DNA of 61,474 nt from an uncultured virus (IMG/VR IMGVR_UViG_3300028595_000010) (taxonomy: Duplodnaviria > Heunggongvirae > Uroviricota > Caudoviricetes): the IMG/VR virus record IMGVR_UViG_3300028595_000010. One strand, given 5' to 3'. The notes under the pieces were generated by a model that did no database searches, was not told the DNA's origin, and saw only the letters and a list, made by a program, of their open reading frames with translations. Shown here piece by piece: positions 47,578-61,474 of this stretch. How positions within the stretch are numbered: the stretch's first letter is position 1; each line of letters starts with the position of its first letter. A program made the translations under genes and the position numbers.

Positions 47578-49356
47578 TTAGGAATAGATTCTTTTTGGTG
47601 TGACGATATCCTTTCGGTTTGAATTAGATCCATTGAAGTCACATCCATTAAATACTCCGTAAACTTGTTTAAGATACTCATTGTATCTTGCCTTAGCACA
47701 TTCAATTGAGAAATTATTTACAGCCCAATGTCTGCAATCAATATTCTTAATGTTGTTAATATTTCGTATGGCCCAATCAAACTGGTCCATGTTTCTACAT
47801 CTATATCCTGTAACTCCATGAACTACGGTGTCAACAAAGCCTCCCCAATCACTAGAGATGACTGGAGTTCCACACATTGCTGCTTCAATTGCGATGTACC
47901 CAAATGGTTCATTGAATCTACTAGGGCATATCAATACCTTAGCTCTTCTAAGATGATCAATCTTGGATTCAAAATCTAAATATCCTAACATCTCAACATG
48001 TGGAGGAACCTCATCTAGATTTCCCTGACCTGCCATTTTGAGTTTCATTCCTGTTCGTTGACAAGTCTTAATGGCTACGTCAATCCCCTTGACTGAATCA
48101 ATTCTTCCCAAGAAGAGTGCCCAATCTTCTTTCTCTTCCTGATATTTGAATTCATCAGGTTCCACAAATCCTGGGATGACTGCATCATACCATTGGGGAG
48201 TCTTGTTAGTTGAGCCAAGAATGAAATTCATTACAGAATAGCTTTCAAACACTCTGAAAGGAGCGAAAGATCTGAAACATCCAATACTTGGCTCAACTAC
48301 AATTGCATCTGGAAATGCATCTGCTACAGCCTTATGTCCACATCCATACCAACAGAGAATGAAATCTCTAGAGCGATATCGTTTTCTTAATTCACGGATA
48401 GTGTTCTGTGTGAATTCTTTATGACAATCATCTCCAATCTTGCAGTTGTATGATGTCTTAATCCAATCGTAGTTCCCGTCATAACATTTATCAAAAGTCT
48501 TATCTGTTGTGACAGTTACATGTTCTGCTCCCTCAACCTCAGATCTTTCATGCCCATAATGATAAATTGTATGACCGTCCTCTCCCATAAACTTACAGAA
48601 TCTTCGAACCTTCTGAGTGAATGCGCAATGAGCAAACTCTTTACTTGTAACAGTGTGTGGGATCCCCAAGACATGCATCCTGAACTTCCCTTTGAACATC
48701 CCCTTGAGTCCAACAGGATTAAGTGGAATGATTTCAACGTTTGGATATGCTTTTGCTACCCACTGTTCAAATTCTTTCCATCGATCAAGGTGGTATTGAG
48801 ATTCATAATCCTGATAAGATATATCTTCATTGAATCTTCTTCCATCCTTTATATCTGCCCCAACAATATAAATCTTAGAAACACCTGTCCATAATAGGAA
48901 CTGCAAAGCCGGAAAAGCAATAGATCCACCAGCTGCTACATGTTTATTTTCTAAATCATTTGAAAAATCAATTGGAACTTTTGGATCCTCAATTCTAGAT
49001 GTCCCCACTTGAACAATTGGCCCATGAGTAAATTGATAAGGTATCGCTCCAGCTTTATCCGCATTATCTCTTATCGGAGTAGATAACGTAACTCCATAGA
49101 ATTTTGCTATGTTTGGTTGATACGAATCATATTCTTCAGTTCTATTTACATACGAATTCTTATGATTTGGTTTTCCAGGATCCTGAATAAAGAAATAATC
49201 AAGATCTAGTCCTTCGTGGAAAATTGAAGTATTAACACCAACCTTAATAAGATTAGGTTCTGGTTCCACATAATCATTTAGAGTTGGACCTGTGCAGAAT
49301 AATACTGCCGACTTACCTTTATGAACATCCTTGTATGCTGAAATCATATCTTCCAT
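47578..49356 (-). CDS. two-domain glycosyltransferase: DUF115/sialyltransferase-like plus GT-B (GT4-like)
   Basis: CTGPTL...GVN...GGSI..ALQ...IYIVGAD; FLGRI..KG; EPFG...IEA..CGTPVI. Confidence 0.8.
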   Translation of the reverse strand: MEDMISAYKDVHKGKSAVLFCTGPTLNDYVEPEPNLIKVGVNTSIFHEGLDLDYFFIQDPGKPNHKNSYVNRTEEYDSYQPNIAKFYGVTLSTPIRDNADKAGAIPYQFTHGPIVQVGTSRIEDPKVPIDFSNDLENKHVAAGGSIAFPALQFLLWTGVSKIYIVGADIKDGRRFNEDISYQDYESQYHLDRWKEFEQWVAKAYPNVEIIPLNPVGLKGMFKGKFRMHVLGIPHTVTSKEFAHCAFTQKVRRFCKFMGEDGHTIYHYGHERSEVEGAEHVTVTTDKTFDKCYDGNYDWIKTSYNCKIGDDCHKEFTQNTIRELRKRYRSRDFILCWYGCGHKAVADAFPDAIVVEPSIGCFRSFAPFRVFESYSVMNFILGSTNKTPQWYDAVIPGFVEPDEFKYQEEKEDWALFLGRIDSVKGIDVAIKTCQRTGMKLKMAGQGNLDEVPPHVEMLGYLDFESKIDHLRRAKVLICPSRFNEPFGYIAIEAAMCGTPVISSDWGGFVDTVVHGVTGYRCRNMDQFDWAIRNINNIKNIDCRHWAVNNFSIECAKARYNEYLKQVYGVFNGCDFNGSNSNRKDIVTPKRIYS

Positions 49357-50387
49357 CCAATCTCATGAGGTCTCGGTTTACCATGAAAACAAACAACACT
49401 TGCATCTTCAGGAACTCCATCTTTACAATGAAGTTTATAGCTGTATGTCTTTACGATATTCTGAATGATATCAACGTTCCATTTGTGTGCTTTAAGCAAC
49501 GATTCAATAAGATGTTGGTCCCACATTTTAGGATTCTTTCTGATTGAATCTTCTTGAGACATTGCATTTCTGTAGATGAATTGAAGTGGACTATTCCATG
49601 CCATGACTCCACTAGCAAGTTCAGGATTGCAAAAGTCTTTAAGCATTGCAAATGGGCCATCGTAATTGAGGAGTGAATCAATGTTGCCTACAATTATAGT
49701 ATCTAAATCGAAATAGACAACTCTGCCTGCAAAGTTTTTAAACATCTCAATTTTAGACCACCATCCAGGAAGATCATCTTGTAATGGAATTTTAGTTCCT
49801 GGCAACTCTTCATCTGAATCTGTGAAACACCAAAAATTGAATGGAAGATTGGTATTCTGTTTTACTCCTTCGTAAATCCTTCTCACATATTCTGATGTGT
49901 AATCTCCTCCAGTTTTGTATACTGTATAAATTGTAGCAACTGAAGAAGAATGAGTATGCAATCTTATATTAATTACATTACTCATTGCCACAGATGGAGG
50001 ATTGCCATGAAGAGTAGTTGAAAATTTTGCTCCCCATTCATTAGTTCCAAAATCGTGGCATATGACCACATCGCTGGTATCTAAAAGTTTAGGAACAAGT
50101 AACTTCCTATCTCTAACATACTGCTCATTATCTAAAAATGTAAATCCGCATTTCGGATATGGATATTGATCCCAGCTAGTGATATGATTTACTTTACATA
50201 GAGACTTATACTTTGATCCCCATACCATATCAGTAGTATAAACTTCAAAAGATCTCTTTTGAAATTTTGCAATTTCAGCCAGTAAAGGAGTGGAATAATC
50301 TCCACATCCCATTTCGATCATATCGCCATCAGATTGTAATGCCGCCGCAATAAGCAGTTGTTGATGTGACGCATATGGATCCATCAT
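49344..50387 (-). CDS. methyltransferase-like plus GT-A (GT8-like) glycosyltransferase
   Basis: IEMGCG; GWWSKIEMF; YFDLD (DxD); CFHGKPRPHE. Confidence 0.75.
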   Translation of the reverse strand: MMDPYASHQQLLIAAALQSDGDMIEMGCGDYSTPLLAEIAKFQKRSFEVYTTDMVWGSKYKSLCKVNHITSWDQYPYPKCGFTFLDNEQYVRDRKLLVPKLLDTSDVVICHDFGTNEWGAKFSTTLHGNPPSVAMSNVINIRLHTHSSSVATIYTVYKTGGDYTSEYVRRIYEGVKQNTNLPFNFWCFTDSDEELPGTKIPLQDDLPGWWSKIEMFKNFAGRVVYFDLDTIIVGNIDSLLNYDGPFAMLKDFCNPELASGVMAWNSPLQFIYRNAMSQEDSIRKNPKMWDQHLIESLLKAHKWNVDIIQNIVKTYSYKLHCKDGVPEDASVVCFHGKPRPHEIGWKI

Positions 50388-50480
50388 ATTAATTCCTTAC
50401 AGATTCAAATAATTAGTTTCTAATGTATTAAATGAGACTGAGAAATTCCTGCACAATTTTCCCAGTCTCATGGAAAAAAT

Positions 50481-50822
50481 TTATTCTATCTGAGCTATTC
50501 CATTAGTATCAAATCCAGTAATTCTGCCTTCAAGATTCAATATAGCAATAGCTCCAATATAAGTTGATATGCCTATATCGGATATCCATTGCTTAATCTT
50601 AGTAATCTCATCAGATTCAAGATTAACTGATTCTTTTCCTTTAATCTTATTCATCAAATCAAATCTGGACATGTATTCTGATACAGGTATTTTCTTATCG
50701 TTGAATAAGATTGCCTGCTCATATAAAGCTCCAAACGTATAATCTGAACCATTCATTTTCGCAGGTCGACCATCCATCATTTTCACAAAAACTTTCAAAT
50801 TCTTTACTTCGGCCATCGTCAA
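50481..50822 (-). CDS. hypothetical protein
   Basis: AAGGA RBS. Confidence 0.6.
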   Translation of the reverse strand: MTMAEVKNLKVFVKMMDGRPAKMNGSDYTFGALYEQAILFNDKKIPVSEYMSRFDLMNKIKGKESVNLESDEITKIKQWISDIGISTYIGAIAILNLEGRITGFDTNGIAQIE

Positions 50823-50852
50823 TTCCTTTTTCAGTTATTACAGATTATAAAA

Positions 50853-51158
50853 TTATCTTCCTGCATTACGAAGCTGATTAACTGTCACTCCATAATCTCC
50901 AGTTGTCACAGCGGCATTTTTGAAAAGATTATTAAACTGCTGAGCTAATGTGATAAATGAAGCGATTTGTGCGGCTGTCACATTATAATCAGTAAGATCT
51001 TCATCAGTAATCTCATCTACTCCACCTGAATTATAACCACAATCAAAATAAATTCCTTCAATATCAGTACACATATCCATTAATTGAACTGCATTTTGAT
51101 TTAAAGAAATGATTGATTGGGCGAATTTAGTCTTTGGATTTACTGGAATTGTTGCCAT
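50853..51158 (-). CDS. hypothetical protein (possibly virion-associated)
   Basis: GAGGA RBS; GAACAAT variant upstream. Confidence 0.6.
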   Translation of the reverse strand: MATIPVNPKTKFAQSIISLNQNAVQLMDMCTDIEGIYFDCGYNSGGVDEITDEDLTDYNVTAAQIASFITLAQQFNNLFKNAAVTTGDYGVTVNQLRNAGR

Positions 51159-51222
51159 ATTTATCCTCGTTTTTTAGTAAGTTGCCTTTTATTATTGTTC
51201 TGATTATATTAAAAGTTTATCT

Positions 51223-52026
51223 TTAAACTACAGGATATGCTCTCTTATACTTATGCCCTGTTTCAAGGTCATCCAATCTATTCCATTTATGTGCCAGATA
51301 TCCTTGAAGAAGGAGAACCTCTTCATCCGTAGGATATTTATTCAGAATTATCATTTCTCCTAAATCGTGATCTGTCACATTTAGGCCGAGATATACACCA
51401 CCAGAAACTGTAGCCGATGAATTTAATCCATTTCCGGATGTAGATTTTCCCACTCCTGCTGACTGCAAATAAATCCATTGATCTGATGAGCTTGACCAAT
51501 ATACCACAGAAATAACAGAATTTCCCACTGTTACTGAAGAAGGAATTGACTCTCTGCCACTCCCTTCCGTAATTGAATTTATATCCCAATACCATCCTCG
51601 ATTTCCGCCATACGGCATATGAGAACTAACACGAGTTGTAGAAGTAGAACTAGATCCATTTAAACTAAGAAGAAAATTGTCTGATGAAATATTTTCCCTC
51701 GTAATAGCAGCTACACAAATTGTATCTGCTGTAGCTCCCCAAGGAGATCCTCCTGACATTCTATTATTAGTTAGTATTCGGGCACAAGAAAGTCCGCCAA
51801 TTCTGGAAGTCTGATAATCAAAGCCCGTATAAGTGGAAACAGGCGTGAGATCATTAGCCTGACTACTCTTATCAGCCCATACTGTTATTTCATCACTTAC
51901 TTCTGTAATAGTATCAGAGTCCTGAGCATCATACCAACCGTATAGATCGGATCCAAAATAATCTAGTGGATCAAAAGCCTTCGGTACAACCATTCTATAT
52001 CCAGTTGGTACTATAAGTCTAGACAT
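51223..52026 (-). CDS. LamG/ConA-like fibre-associated protein
   Basis: WYDAQD...WADKS...GYLAHKW; paralog of the next gene. Confidence 0.65.
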   Translation of the reverse strand: MSRLIVPTGYRMVVPKAFDPLDYFGSDLYGWYDAQDSDTITEVSDEITVWADKSSQANDLTPVSTYTGFDYQTSRIGGLSCARILTNNRMSGGSPWGATADTICVAAITRENISSDNFLLSLNGSSSTSTTRVSSHMPYGGNRGWYWDINSITEGSGRESIPSSVTVGNSVISVVYWSSSSDQWIYLQSAGVGKSTSGNGLNSSATVSGGVYLGLNVTDHDLGEMIILNKYPTDEEVLLLQGYLAHKWNRLDDLETGHKYKRAYPVV

Positions 52027-52728
52027 TTGGCATTATCCTCTTATATGGATGATCTGAATCTAGAATAGTAGTAATACCCCACATCCATACAAGATACCCT
52101 TCAACAGATTCCATTTCTGAATCTGATAATCCATAATTAAAGAATAGAATTTCTGCTATTCCTCCAGCAAAAGATTCGCCGCCTGATGAGTTAGAAAATA
52201 AATGCATTAGTGACGGATTGGATGTTCCAACATTACCGAACGCTCGCTGTTTTCCGCCTGTACGTAATTTAGAAGATGATCCGTTATATACACACGATAC
52301 AATATTAGTTTCAGTTGTATGAACAAGACCATCACTAATACTTTCTCCAGACCATGCTGTGATAATGGAATTTCTATTGTATCCGATATTTCCGGCATTT
52401 CCAGTTCCATAGCAGAGACGTTGTTTGTCTCCTGTTGCCGTCCTTTTACTCACCACAATAATAGTATGAGGTTGTGTCTGTCCAAACCCAGTCATAATCA
52501 TGCGAGAATCTTTATTGGAGTATGGAAGATCAAATCCATTTAGAGTAGTACCTCCTAATTCCGGATAAAGACTAGCTTCTGATGCGTCATTGCCATTGCC
52601 GCTTATATCGGCCCAACCAGTTACATCAGTACCAGATGTTGTAAATGTATCCGGTCGAGCAGCTGTTAACCAGGCATCAGGACCTGTTGTAAGATCTGAT
52701 GGATCCCATATTCTAGGTATTATCATTC

Positions 52729-52732
<4 letters not shown>
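52019..52732 (-). CDS. LamG/ConA-like fibre-associated protein
   Basis: WLTAA...WADISG...GGIAEIL...EGYL..W...HPYK. Confidence 0.65.
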
Positions 52733-58653
<5,921 letters not shown>

Positions 58654-58744
58654 TCTATACCTTTAGAGATTTAAGACTTTTTGAAAGAAGTCCCATAATA
58701 AATATCCTATTTGGATGGATTTTATATTTGTTCTGGATATTTAT

Positions 58745-58984
58745 TTACTGGTTTTCTAGAATTACCTCAAAGTCTTCTATCTTATCTTTTTCAGGATGAT
58801 CATTCCCTGGATTCTTAAGCCGCTCATCAAAGATGATAATTTCGTCTTTATCTTTAAATGATTCTCTAAATTGAGAATGACATTCTGCACACCAAATATC
58901 ATCTGTTAACATTTCTTCATTCCGCTCATGTACAATCCAATACCAAAACCTCCAAATCGTTCTACCACACACACAACATTTCAT
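58745..58984 (-). CDS. small Zn-finger protein
   Basis: MKCCVC...CAEC; GGAGG RBS; start reassigned out of the tRNA. Confidence 0.6.
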   Translation of the reverse strand: MKCCVCGRTIWRFWYWIVHERNEEMLTDDIWCAECHSQFRESFKDKDEIIIFDERLKNPGNDHPEKDKIEDFEVILENQ

Positions 58985-59022
58985 TATTAAAATTCCTCCA
59001 ATGAAATGAGTTAGTAATAACT

Positions 59023-59112
59023 TGGCGGAGAGCATGGGACTTGAACCCACATATGTATTACTACATAACCTGATTTCCAATCAGGCGCCTTAACCAATTC
59101 AGCCAACTCTCC
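59023..59112 (-). tRNA. tRNA-Ser (GGA)
   Basis: cctga-TT GGA AA-tcagg; long variable arm; CCA. Confidence 0.9.
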
Positions 59113-59174
59113 GACTTGTTATTTAGTTCTATTTTTGTCTTTCGACTTCTTTTTTTCTTTTTGTGGTAGCCATG

Positions 59175-59654
59175 TTACATCAATTCTTTTATTTCATCTT
59201 GTTCTTCATCTGTTAAAGGAAGCATTTTTTTAACATCATCATCTGTGCATATTGATAAAAGTAGTTCGTAACCTCGTTTCACAACTTTGAAATTTCCTGT
59301 AAATGCCACTTTATCTCCTTGATAATCATTTTCATATAATGGATTTTTTGGAATGATCACTCTTTCATATAATACAGTTCCGTCATTCATTCCATGCAAT
59401 ATGCCTTCAACTAAAGTTCCACAACAATTATGAATCCTAGCAGATCCTACTTCTTGAAATGTATGACTTTTTGTACCTGAGTGCATATATGCAATGGCCA
59501 TGTTAATGACTGGTGTGAATGATAATTCCTTCTCATGTTTTTTAAGCCCATTCCATCCTATATTCCCAGTCTTAATGGTAGGAATAAGTTCTGGATCATT
59601 AGACAAAATACTTGGGGACTTAGACTTCTTCCTTAGCTTTCCTACAATGTTCAT
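59175..59654 (-). CDS. hypothetical protein
   Basis: ORF. Confidence 0.6.
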   Translation of the reverse strand: MNIVGKLRKKSKSPSILSNDPELIPTIKTGNIGWNGLKKHEKELSFTPVINMAIAYMHSGTKSHTFQEVGSARIHNCCGTLVEGILHGMNDGTVLYERVIIPKNPLYENDYQGDKVAFTGNFKVVKRGYELLLSICTDDDVKKMLPLTDEEQDEIKELM

Positions 59655-59675
59655 AACTCAATTGTATTCCATTCT

Positions 59676-59873
59676 TTAAGTGTTATCATTCCATTTTCCT
59701 CTTTTGATTCGTTCTCTCAATTCCTTGAGACCTTCAGATTCTGGTTCTTTGGCTCTACAATCTGCACACATCACTTGATTCTCATGGCAGATACCCTCAG
59801 ATGCATTGACATATACAGTATTCCCACATTTTGGACACTTTGATTCGTAAGAATATTTAGAGTATAAAACCAT
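59676..59873 (-). CDS. small Zn-ribbon protein
   Basis: CPKC...CADC; AAGGAG RBS. Confidence 0.65.
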   Translation of the reverse strand: MVLYSKYSYESKCPKCGNTVYVNASEGICHENQVMCADCRAKEPESEGLKELRERIKRGKWNDNT

Positions 59874-59895
59874 AACTTAAACTCCTTTATAACCT

Positions 59896-59981
59896 TGGCG
59901 GAAGGTGTGGGAGTCGAACCCACATGCCGTTTCCGACGCCAGTTTAGCAAACTGGTCCCTTACCATTCGGGACAACCTTCC
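59896..59981 (-). tRNA. tRNA-Ser (GCT)
   Basis: ccagt-TT GCT AA-actgg; CCA. Confidence 0.9.
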
Positions 59982-59999
59982 GTCTAAATTATTTAGTTC

Positions 60000-60200
60000 T
60001 TATTCTTCAAATTTAGATTCTAACGCCTCGATTCTCTTCTCGAGTTGTTTGTAGTTGCATTGCTGTGGATTCATAGATCTGGCTACACCTACAACCATTC
60101 CAGTCAACATGGATATAACAATCAATGACCAAAGCCAATTGTCAACTAATATCTCCAATGTCTTATTGAATTTATCCACGGCTGAAGAACTCCTTTTCAT
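60000..60200 (-). CDS. small TM plus coiled-coil protein
   Basis: Hydrophobic helix; LEKRIEALE. Confidence 0.55.
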   Translation of the reverse strand: MKRSSSAVDKFNKTLEILVDNWLWSLIVISMLTGMVVGVARSMNPQQCNYKQLEKRIEALESKFEE

Positions 60201-61131
60201 CTATATATTCCATTCCTAATCTCTTGGCGAATGTCTTGTCAGATGTGTAATCGCCAACCATGATACATTGGTTCACATCAAGTTTATATTTTTCAATAAG
60301 ATATACTCCCATTCCGCTTTGAGGTTTTCGACAGTAGCAGAAACACTTTGGCGATGGATGAACACACCAGCAAGTTTCCTTGAAGGCAATCCCCATTTGA
60401 TGTTGAGTTTCAATGAACAGATCTGCTGCCTGTTCATTTGTTATGATTCCTTTCCCGACACCAGATTGATTAGATACTCCAAGCAGAAGATATCTCTCCT
60501 TCTGGTACTCCTTAAGTACCTCAGTGCCTGAAAGGAGTTTGACCTCTTCCTTCGTTGTTGGATATCCATACCCATTATCTGGTGACTCTCTGAGTGTCCC
60601 ATCAAAGTCCAAGAAGACTGCTCGGTTAACGTAGCCGCTCTCCTTCGTAAACAGTTCGCCTGTCCATTTCTCTTTGTGGATCGTATCAAATCCTTCATCC
60701 TTTGTTGGTTTCTCGAATTGTTTCTTGTATTTGAAGATGACAGCGATGGGAAACATATTGGGGTCATCTTTTACTTCCTTGAGAGAATCAGTGTCAACGA
60801 AGATCTTTCTATGTCTTTCCCACATACGATGCAAGGCATTGATTTGACATTGTTCATATGAGGTGTTCATCCAAAAGCAGATCGATTTTGCTTTATGTAA
60901 ACTTGCAGCAGCTAGAAATGGTTCTCTTGATTTAACTGTTGGAAACAATCCATCAATAATGACATCTTTTCCTGCCGCTAGTGTATTTACAACATGAACG
61001 AGTAGCATATCATTGGTCCCACCCATGAGATCTCTATTTAATCTTTTGAAATTCTTGAAATCCGAGTTCTTCAATGCTGCTCGAGTTTTTCCAGATGCTG
61101 GCGGCCCAATAACCATACATAGTGTGCTCAT
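60172..61131 (-). CDS. polynucleotide kinase / 3'-phosphatase (P-loop kinase plus HAD)
   Basis: GPPASGKT, RD, IIDG...R; FLDFDGT, SNQ, CRKP..GM, MVGD..SD. Confidence 0.85.
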   Translation of the reverse strand: MSTLCMVIGPPASGKTRAALKNSDFKNFKRLNRDLMGGTNDMLLVHVVNTLAAGKDVIIDGLFPTVKSREPFLAAASLHKAKSICFWMNTSYEQCQINALHRMWERHRKIFVDTDSLKEVKDDPNMFPIAVIFKYKKQFEKPTKDEGFDTIHKEKWTGELFTKESGYVNRAVFLDFDGTLRESPDNGYGYPTTKEEVKLLSGTEVLKEYQKERYLLLGVSNQSGVGKGIITNEQAADLFIETQHQMGIAFKETCWCVHPSPKCFCYCRKPQSGMGVYLIEKYKLDVNQCIMVGDYTSDKTFAKRLGMEYIDEKEFFSRG

Positions 61132-61160
61132 AATAACTCCTTAAAAATTAATAAATTCAT

Positions 61161-61474
61161 TTAAAATATTGACATATCTATATAACATCGTGCATCATTA
61201 TTTTGTCTAACTGCTTCTAAACAGATTTCTTCTGTTTGATTGTGGGCATATTTGAGTGCATATCCATCTTGTTTAACTGCTTCTAAACAGATTTCTTCTG
61301 TTTGATTTTGGACATATTGAAGGACAAGTCCATTTCGTTTAACTGCTTCTAAACAGATTTCTTCTGTTTGATTGTGGACATGAAGAAGTATACGTCCATT
61401 TTGTTTAACTGCCTCTAAACAGATTTCTTCTGTTTGATTTCGGACATATTGAAGGGAAAATGGATTTTGTTTAA
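61161..61474 (-). CDS. partial gene with 22-aa DUF4116-like repeats (5' end outside the window)
   Basis: 66-nt repeats encoding NQTEEICLEAVKQxG. Confidence 0.75.
   Translation of the reverse strand, partial: KQNPFSLQYVRNQTEEICLEAVKQNGRILLHVHNQTEEICLEAVKRNGLVLQYVQNQTEEICLEAVKQDGYALKYAHNQTEEICLEAVRQNNDARCYIDMSIF

Overview
AT-rich, gene-dense fragment of a large (probably jumbo) dsDNA bacteriophage. Support: bacterial Shine-Dalgarno sites, scattered tRNAs with encoded CCA, GroES, a PNK/phosphatase, a LigD phosphoesterase, a denV-like glycosylase, a Pth2-like hydrolase, a radical SAM enzyme, glycosyltransferases and a 1974-aa collagen-like fibre. No capsid, terminase or polymerase gene is visible, so taxonomy and host cannot be assigned. 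Main finding: a minus-strand locus at 15959-17599 with a promoter, five non-coding units, a 200-aa Cas7/RAMP-like gene and a translationally coupled 143-aa gene. Each unit has 6-14 phased pentamers (a variable dinucleotide plus a near-constant (G/T/A)GA triplet) closed by a hairpin. This looks like a compact RNA-guided system with a non-contiguous guide code rather than a CRISPR array. Other notable features: 15 otherwise unrelated proteins sharing an N-terminal 'IPxxILFE' leader (possible capsid-targeting/protease-cleaved signal); two intergenic promoter-like motifs (CTAAATATATA, GAACAAA) that partition gene classes; an origin-like repeat region (about 18.4-19.4 kb); a tandem array of about 16 diverged small paralogs; a poly-Ser gene split by an in-frame TAG; an in-frame minigene upstream of the Pth gene; and aberrant or half tRNAs. 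All protein calls come from motifs recognised by eye, with no database searches.
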